NCBI GenBank assembly: GCA_951406725.2
Contig: OX597815.1
Location: 79,856,001 to 79,920,000, forward strand
Direction of reading: 5' to 3'
Length of the DNA stretch: 64,000 bases
From: Octopus vulgaris
Taxonomy: Eukaryota
Under the pieces are notes generated by a model. The model worked only from the letters and a program-made list of their open reading frames with translations. It was not told the origin of the DNA and made no database searches. Shown here one piece after another: positions 56,668 to 64,000 of the stretch. Position 1 is the first letter of the stretch; the number at the start of each line of letters is the position of its first letter. A program made the position numbers and the translations under genes.

Positions 56668-56879
56668 TGGTGACGAGCTGGCAAAATCATTATTACGCCA
56701 GGAAAAATGCGTAGCGGTATTTTGCCCGTTTCCTCGTTCTGAATTCAAATCCCGTCAAGGTCGACTTTACCTTTCAACCTTTCGGGATCGATAAATTAAG
56801 TACCAGCTGCGTACTGGGGTGGATCAAATCGATTGGCTCCTTCCCCCAAATTTCAGGATTTGTGTCTAAAGTAGAAAGG
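56668..56879 (+). mobile_element. Family B SINE with 16-bp TSD
   Basis: ATTATTTCATTTCAAA at 56651 and 56880. Confidence 0.88.
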
Positions 56880-57255
56880 ATTATTTCATTTCAAATAGAA
56901 ACTACTCAAACATAACCATATATTTATATCTATGACTATTTATGTGTGTGTGTATGAATGTATGCATATACACTTATATAGAGATACATGTGTATGTGCA
57001 TATACATACATATATATTTATATTTCGCTTTTGTATTTGTTTTGCAAGATTCTTTATATGAATTCGTGTGTTGAAGCAAATTTTGTTGTGTCTGGGGTGA
57101 GTCATTTTGTCTTTACGCCTTATTAGCTAACACACTCACCAGTTCGATTTCCACTTAATTTATTTATATATGTATACTTTTTCTTCCTGAATTTTCGTTG
57201 CTTCCTTTTGTTTGTTTGTGCGCATGTGTATGTTTCAGCGTGCACGTGTATACAC

Positions 57256-57286
<31 letters not shown>

Positions 57287-57559
57287 TGTATGTATGTATG
57301 TATGTATGTATGTATGTATGTATGTGTGGATGTGTGTGTATGCATATATGCATGCATGTGTGTGTGTGTACGTATGTATATATTCAGCATATTCAATTTT
57401 TTTGTGCGTGCGTGTTTGTATGTATGCGTGTGTGTGTGTGTGTGTGTGTATGTGTGCGTGTGCTTGTGTGTGTACCTCTGTCTCCTTATGTGTGAGTGTT
57501 TGAGCGTGTCTATGTGTATGAGTTTGTGTGACTATTTATATGTGGGACCACCTTTTTCG

Positions 57560-59380
57560 TGCACAATTCTTTTCCGGCTGAAGCAATGGACGTATTTACC
57601 AATGGCTACTGTTAAGCAGCTTCTGTGTATATTAAAACCAACAATTTAATAGTAATTGGGATCTATAGGCCACCCTTAACTCCTTTACTACGCTTCAAGG
57701 AATGCCTCAACAGTATTAAGTGTTTCATCCATCAGTGTCATGCTGACAACATATTAATGATGGGTACATCAACCTTCCCAGTGTTGATTGGTCGACAAAC
57801 AGCTTGAAACCAGGTTTTTCCACTTCAGCTCCTGATAAGGAAGCAATCGAATTGCTTTTTGATTTCATGGATGAGTTTTTCCTGACACAACTTTTTCTCG
57901 AACTAACAAGGTGTCACAAAAACAGTTTGGACCTAATGTTCAGTAACCACACTGACGCTATCCACAATATTGCAGTGGGAAAAAAACACTACTCTCAGAC
58001 CGTGACATGGTTCTCTCCGATCTGAGATTCTACCACCCAAAGATCAAATCTAATGACATCTCTCTAGCCCATCCATTTGACACTATGGATCTTTTTTTAA
58101 AAAAAAAACACTACTCTCAGACCGTGACATGGTTCTCTACGATCTGAGATTCTACCACCCAAAGATAAAATCCAATGACATCTCTCCAGCTCATCCAATG
58201 GACACTATGGACACTAACGCAGACTGGGATGCGATCAATCATGATCTTTCACAAGTTGATTGGGCATTCACGCACGCACGCACGCACACACCCACCAACA
58301 TAAACACATCATGGCAGACATTTTTAGATAATGTAACAAATATATGCGCAAAACATACTCCGTTAGGATCAGTATACAAATTTAAGTGCAGAATCCCTAG
58401 AAATAGAAGAGCAATTATCAGGAAAATAAAAAGATTTAATAAGAAAATCAACCAGCAATGCTCCTATTCGACTGCCATTGCATCACTAGAATCGAAAAAA
58501 CACAGCCTCCAAAAAAGCATGATAATCATCATTAACAAAGAGCAGCTGAGGAGAGTTGGGCCATTGAGAAAATAAAACTCAATCCCTAACCAAATGTGAC
58601 ATAACTTTTGGTTCTTCTGATATCCTAACAGGAATAAATAAGATCAAGCACAACTCGGCAGCAGGTCACGGTAAGTTCCCGGCCATTGTCCTGAAGATGT
58701 GTCGACATCAGATTGTACCCTCTCTAGCTGACCTCTGGAGAAACTCACTTAATGCAGGCTATATTCCTGATCATTTTCTTTCCCAGTTTTCAAAAAGGGA
58801 AACAAATCTCTTGCAGTGAACTACCGTCCGATCTTACTCACCTCTCATATCATTAAAGTATTTGAGGGGGTGGTGAGATCGCGAATAACTCACTTCCTCG
58901 AAGACAACAATCTGCTGAACTCCAACCAGCATGGTTTCTATGATGGTAGGACTGACTTTCGCAGTTTCTGCACCATTTTGATGACATCTTAAAAGCGTTG
59001 GGAGAAGGCTCCAACGCTTACGTCATATACCTTGATTTCAGCAAGGCATTTGACAGAGGGGACCACAAAATCCTGCTGAAGAAACTGTCCAGCATTGGTG
59101 TCCGTGGAAAGCTGTTCCTGACGAACAAAATCCAACATGTGTTTGAGGGAATACCATCCGGCTCAGCCAAAGTCAGTAGTAGTGTCCCACAAGGTCCTGT
59201 GAGGGGCCCATTCCTCTTCAATATCTGCATCAATGACATAGTAGACGTCATCAAACAATCTACATTGAAAATCTTTGCCGGTGATTCCAAACTCCAGAAA
59301 GCCATAAACGGTATGGGAGACCGAACATGCCTTCAGTCGGATCTGTTTGCTGTTGTCCGATGGGCGGAAAAAAAAACAAA
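57560..59380 (+). pseudogene. CR1-clade LINE ORF2 relic (APE endonuclease + RT)
   Basis: IGIYRPP, LDLMFSN, FKKGNKSLAVNYRPI.LTS, NQHGF, IYLDFSKAFD, VPQG.V.GP.LF.I.IND, FAGDSKL, LQSDL; many frameshifts and deletions. Confidence 0.9.
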
Positions 59381-59386
59381 AGAGGA

Positions 59387-59422
<36 letters not shown>

Positions 59423-59439
59423 AGAGAGAGAGTGGGGAG

Positions 59440-60060
59440 AGAATAATCGCTCATGGCCTAAACAACTGCACATAACAGCCAGCACCCAATCATCCCATTT
59501 CGTTTCGAAATAGTCCTCTTGGGCTCATACCCAGTGATTTCAGCTCATCTTCCTCTTTTCAAAAGGGCCGTAAACGTCTCCCTGAAAGATGCCCAGTACC
59601 GTCTACGATTCCTTTTCAGTTTCATTTACCATCTCGAAGAGGCGTACCTTCTGAAATTTCATTTTATAAAACATGTCGAAGTCGTGGTGCCGCTGCTTTT
59701 GATTAAACATCAAAAGCATAGTCACAGACCTCACAGTAACGTGATTGCATATTCAAGTTTCCATAAGAATCTCCTTGCAAAATCAGTAACTGATTTCTAT
59801 TATTTAAGAGAAGGCAGATGAATCGTTCGGTGACAGTCTTCACAAATTATTTAACAGATTTTCAAGCGTTTTGCCTATAATTGCTCGCCTTGAACACTTA
59901 TCACTGTCGATCGGTTTTGAAACATACGTACCACTGGAAAATCCGTAACAATTTGAAGAATGCATTTCGCGGATTTGAGTTGCAGATTTGCAGAACTTAA
60001 TGCAAGATTTGATGAAGGCGGGTTACTCGAATTCGTCAGCCATCGTAAAAATCATAGAGC
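59440..60060 (-). pseudogene. Decayed mariner transposase N-terminus
   Basis: KSCIKFC..KSATQIREM, IFQWY..FK, EDCHRTI resemble the mariner HTH region. Confidence 0.55.
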
Positions 60061-60442
60061 TGTTCTAAGAACCTGACAAAATCTCGCGTAATAAGTAAAC
60101 TGAGAGGAATGTAAATGTTAAAATAATATAGTTAACCGTCCTCAAGTAACAAATATAAAACGGAAGGTTACCATAGAAGGGCTACAATGTATTCAACCAA
60201 ATGGATTTTACGCAGAATCAGCAGCGCCAAATTGTCGGCGTCCAAACGCAGTCAGAACGAAGCCTATTTGTGGACCATCTCAGGAGGTTGGCTTTTAATG
60301 ATCATCAGATGAGCATGTATTCCTGTGAAACAGTAAAATCATACTATGTGCAGTTTGGAAACTTTTTGCTAATATATGCTCGCACGTTCAGATGTGCATA
60401 CACACACAAATGCTCGCATATGCAGTTGCGCATACGCCTGCA

Positions 60443-60478
<36 letters not shown>

Positions 60479-60741
60479 AATGTTCTTTATGTTGCATGTT
60501 TCGTTTTCTCTATTTTTTCGTTGTTCGAAAAAATCTGTTTTCTATGTTTCTGTTTTTATGTATTCGCTTCTCATTGTGTTCAACGTTTATTTTTTAATGT
60601 CCTATACCCATATATGTATGTATATATACATATATATGTAGGTATGTACATATATATATATATGTATATATGCATATATATATATTTATATATTATTTAT
60701 ATTATTATATGATCGAACGTCACGCATCCTTTTCAAGTAAG

Positions 60742-60777
<36 letters not shown>

Positions 60778-60784
60778 AAAGTTT

Positions 60785-60950
60785 ACGAAAAAAACAAAAG
60801 ACGAAGACAGGTGGTGTACAAAACAAACAGATGTATTAGTATAACGCTCAGGAATAGAAAAAGTCTTTTACGTTTCGAGCCTACGCTCTTCTACAGAAAG
60901 GTACACAGAAAAAAAAGAGAGAAACAAGGAGAGAAAAAAATGTGTGTTTT
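60785..60950 (-). mobile_element. Short pLTR-like repeat with a variant hammerhead (60865-60900)
   Basis: CTTT-CTGTAGA-A-GAGC(gtag)GCTC-GAAA-CG-TA-AAAG; sits next to (TA)n. Confidence 0.6.
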
Positions 60951-60977
60951 GGCTAACGATCTATGTATCATATATAT

Positions 60978-61110
60978 GCATTCAAATTCCGCCGAGGTCG
61001 ACTTTTCTCCTTTCGGGATTGATAAAATAGGATACCAGTTAATTTCTAGTGTCGATGTAAACGACCTGCCCACTCTACTAAAATTTGATGGCCTTGTTCC
61101 AAAGTTAAAA
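60978..61110 (+). mobile_element. Partial family B SINE
   Basis: TTCAAATTCCGCCGAGGTCGACTTT core. Confidence 0.7.
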
Positions 61111-61817
61111 GAATATTACAAATATGCATATACACACCCCGACACACCATTCTCATACATGATATTTTTTTTTGTTTTTGAAAATCTTGTTTTCTTAAAC
61201 TTCCACTGTTGGCGAAGAAATTTAAAGAAAAAATGAAATTTCAAAAATGAAATTTCTTCACGATGTAATAAATGGATTGTAAAAGAACTTTGATTCCTTG
61301 CACATTTATTATGTCTAGCTAAGAAACGAATATAGTGAAGTTAGTGTTAGTGAGAAGAAAGGTGTTTACGTCAGTAATATTTCGTGTACGGTGTTAGTGG
61401 GGGTTGTGTTATAGATGGTAGTATACGTTGCGTTGCGAGTAGTGGTGGCAGGAGTAATTATGATGCTGGTGTTGGTGGAAATAGTAGAGTGATGTTGGTG
61501 ATAGGTGTTGTGTTCGTGGTTGTTGTTATGATTAACTTCAGGCAATCCCCTATGAAGCATACCTATTATCAAAGGCCGTGACCATCCAGCTTTTGGCTGC
61601 TAATTTTAGCACGTCAGCGATGACCAACTTGTTTCTTCGTTGGGTTGAAGTTGTTATTGTATTTGATTTGTAATATAGATGATATAACAAATTGAAGGTG
61701 GAGATTTTGATGATAATGATGATGATGATGAGGAGGAGGAGGAGAAGGAGGAGATGGAGAAAGAGGATGAAGACGAAGATGAGGATGATAATATTGTTCT
61801 TGTAGAGACGACAACTC

Positions 61818-61975
61818 GTCGGACAAATGCTTAGCGGCATTTCTTGCGATACTACATTTTGCCTGTCTCCCTTTCAGGGCCCATAAAACAAAGTACCAGT
61901 AAAGTACTGGGGACGATGTAATCGACCAATCCATTTCTATTAAAACTGATGTGCTTGTGCCAAAATTTGAAACCA
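61818..61975 (+). mobile_element. Degenerate family B SINE
   Basis: AAATGCTTAGCGGCATTTC...GATGTAATCGAC...CTTGTGCCAAAATTTGAAACC. Confidence 0.65.
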
Positions 61976-62791
61976 TTATTATTGTTATGATGATCATGAT
62001 GATGATCATGACGAAGACGACGACGGCGACGACGATGGTTTTGATTAGCATTAAAATTGTCCATACATCCCAAAACTTTTCACAAATTGGGTGTTTTGCT
62101 TAGTGAGAAAACTTAAACCATTAGCATTACCATAATGGGGACAATGCCACAGAAACCAAAGGTACGTTTGAGACTACTGAATTTAGTTGATGTGGTTTCG
62201 CTTCTTGTCGTAATGACACTTCACTTTAATGCACTACATTTCAAAGAATTAATGCTCTTGGGAAACGCATGAATGCTGCAATCTCCAATACACCCATTTA
62301 ATTCCTACCTTCCTGCCTTCTTTAAAATACAAGACCTTTTATACTACATCAAGTCAAAAGAAATTCTTATGACTATCATTATGAACAGTTATTTTCTCTA
62401 TAAGCTGACACAGTTAAAAGAAGTAAGAGGGTATGGTGCACAAGAGGTAGTGGGGGTGGTGGTAAAATTGATCAATAAGCGAGGGAGACTCTTGACAAAA
62501 TCCAGATGTTTGTGGTGGAGTGTTGTACAAAGTAAAAGTAGTAATTTATTATTTTTTTGTTATTTTTTTCTCTCTAGTATATTGAAAGTTGTATCAGTTG
62601 TGGTTGTGGTTGTGGTTGTGAAAGTGTTAGTGATGGGGGTGAAGGATATGAAAATGATGATAAAGTGTTCACGTGAATAATTCCTCAAAATATGTGTAAA
62701 ACACTATTAGCAGCAGTAACAGCAGCAGCAGCAGTAGTAGCGGTGGTGGTGGTGGCGGTGGTGGTGGTAGTAGTTGTAGTAGTAGTAGTAT

Positions 62792-62835
<44 letters not shown>

Positions 62836-63663
62836 ACAGCAGCAGTATCGGAATCAATATGAGCGATAATTGATGTTTATGTGCGGCACATAGCAATTAC
62901 GACAGTTGTTAGAAGGAAAGTGACAAGGGAAGCCCAATATAATTATACCGGAGGAACAAAAACAACATCAACAATCAACAATAAGAAAGAAAAAGCTTCA
63001 ATAGCATCAAAAACAAACAGAAAAATACAAGGCAGCTAAAATAATTGACCTAGTTATTTCTCAGTGGTGATAGTGGTGGTGGCGAGGTATTCAAGGCCAA
63101 AGAGTTCAATCGGAAAATAAAATCGAGAAGTATCGCAGTTTAGACCAGATTTGTAATTGACGGAACACCGAGACATGTGTCTGTCATAATAACACTAAAA
63201 CAAATGTTCAAAATCAAACAGCTAAAGTCTGAATTTTATGTTTCGAAGTTGTTATTGCGTTTGTTGAAATAAGTGATTCTGAACAATTTTTACTCATGAT
63301 CATTTTCATTCCTTTTTTACTCGGCGTGTGTGTGTGGTGGGGACCCTCATAGCTATTCGATATCTAAAAACTGCAAATATATTTTTATGATTAAATGTTA
63401 TTAGGAACTGTAGGAAAAATTGTTTAAATATTTTTTGCATTGCAGAAATATAAGTTTATTGTGCATAAGTTTTAACAAAATCTTATGTGGATCCCAAAGG
63501 GCCATCTAGACCCCGACTGAGAACTAGTGGTTTTAAATCGAGGTCAACCTTCAATAAGCAGAACTACAAGCAGAGCCATCCCAATCATGACCATTCCGAG
63601 TTTTTTCCAACGTGCAGTGAACCCGCAACTATATTATTCTATATATGCTCTCTCAAGAGAGCA

Positions 63664-64000
63664 TACGAGGTCTGATCAATAAATATCCGGACTGTTGCCA
63701 TAGCAACGATGCTAAAGCACACAGAGTGAAACCGTTTTCTAAAAATTGATATTGAACTCTGCTGTGCATGCGCACTAAATTTTAACGTTCTTGCTCACTT
63801 CCACTGTTTACAGCAGTATTTGGAAGGAAGGTATCTAGGGTGTGATCATCGCATTGACGATGACAGAATGCTCCCATGGCTATACCTGCTCACAGGCCTA
63901 CGCAGAGTTGCAGAAAGTGTATGGAAAGGAGTGTATGAGCCGCACGCTACTGTACTAGTGGTTCACACGTTTCCAAGATGGCCGACAAAATGTCGATATC
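63664..64000 (+). mobile_element. Mariner element 5' end (runs off the window)
   Basis: TA|CGAGGTCTGATCAATAAATATCCGGAC TIR-like start; decayed ORF ..ELQKVYGKECMSRT..Y*WFTRFQDGRQNV. Confidence 0.75.

Noticed and set aside
63320-63530. hAT-Charlie MITE-like end (CCCCGACTGAGAACTAGTG); similar hint at 32240
   Set aside because: Only one decayed terminus seen in each case.

Overview
This 64-kb window is AT-rich, microsatellite-dense animal genomic DNA. The SINE families and simple repeats suggest a cephalopod such as Octopus (inference). I find no host protein-coding gene, and almost all ORFs in the track are translations of simple repeats. The real coding remnants all come from dead transposons: a Neptune-type Penelope-like element (PLE; RT + GIY-YIG, ~4.07-6.35 kb), a long R4/Dong-clade LINE in (TAA)n (20.96-24.25 kb) plus fragments, CR1/L2 and RTE LINE remnants, several mariner relics and non-autonomous Helitrons. 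There are also many tRNA-type SINEs and five copies of a ~550-bp (TAA)n-associated non-coding repeat. The most interesting signal is a set of type I hammerhead ribozyme (HHR) motifs in several unrelated short non-coding repeats with PLE-like tandem or inverted architecture. They include a canonical HHR in a 495-bp tandem unit (25477-25540), a head-to-head pair with a swapped G3:C8 core pair (28650-28799), a canonical-core HHR with a branched stem II (6524-6576) and several variant-core copies. Together they suggest a diverse retrozyme-like mobile RNA repertoire. All alignments and folds were done by eye.
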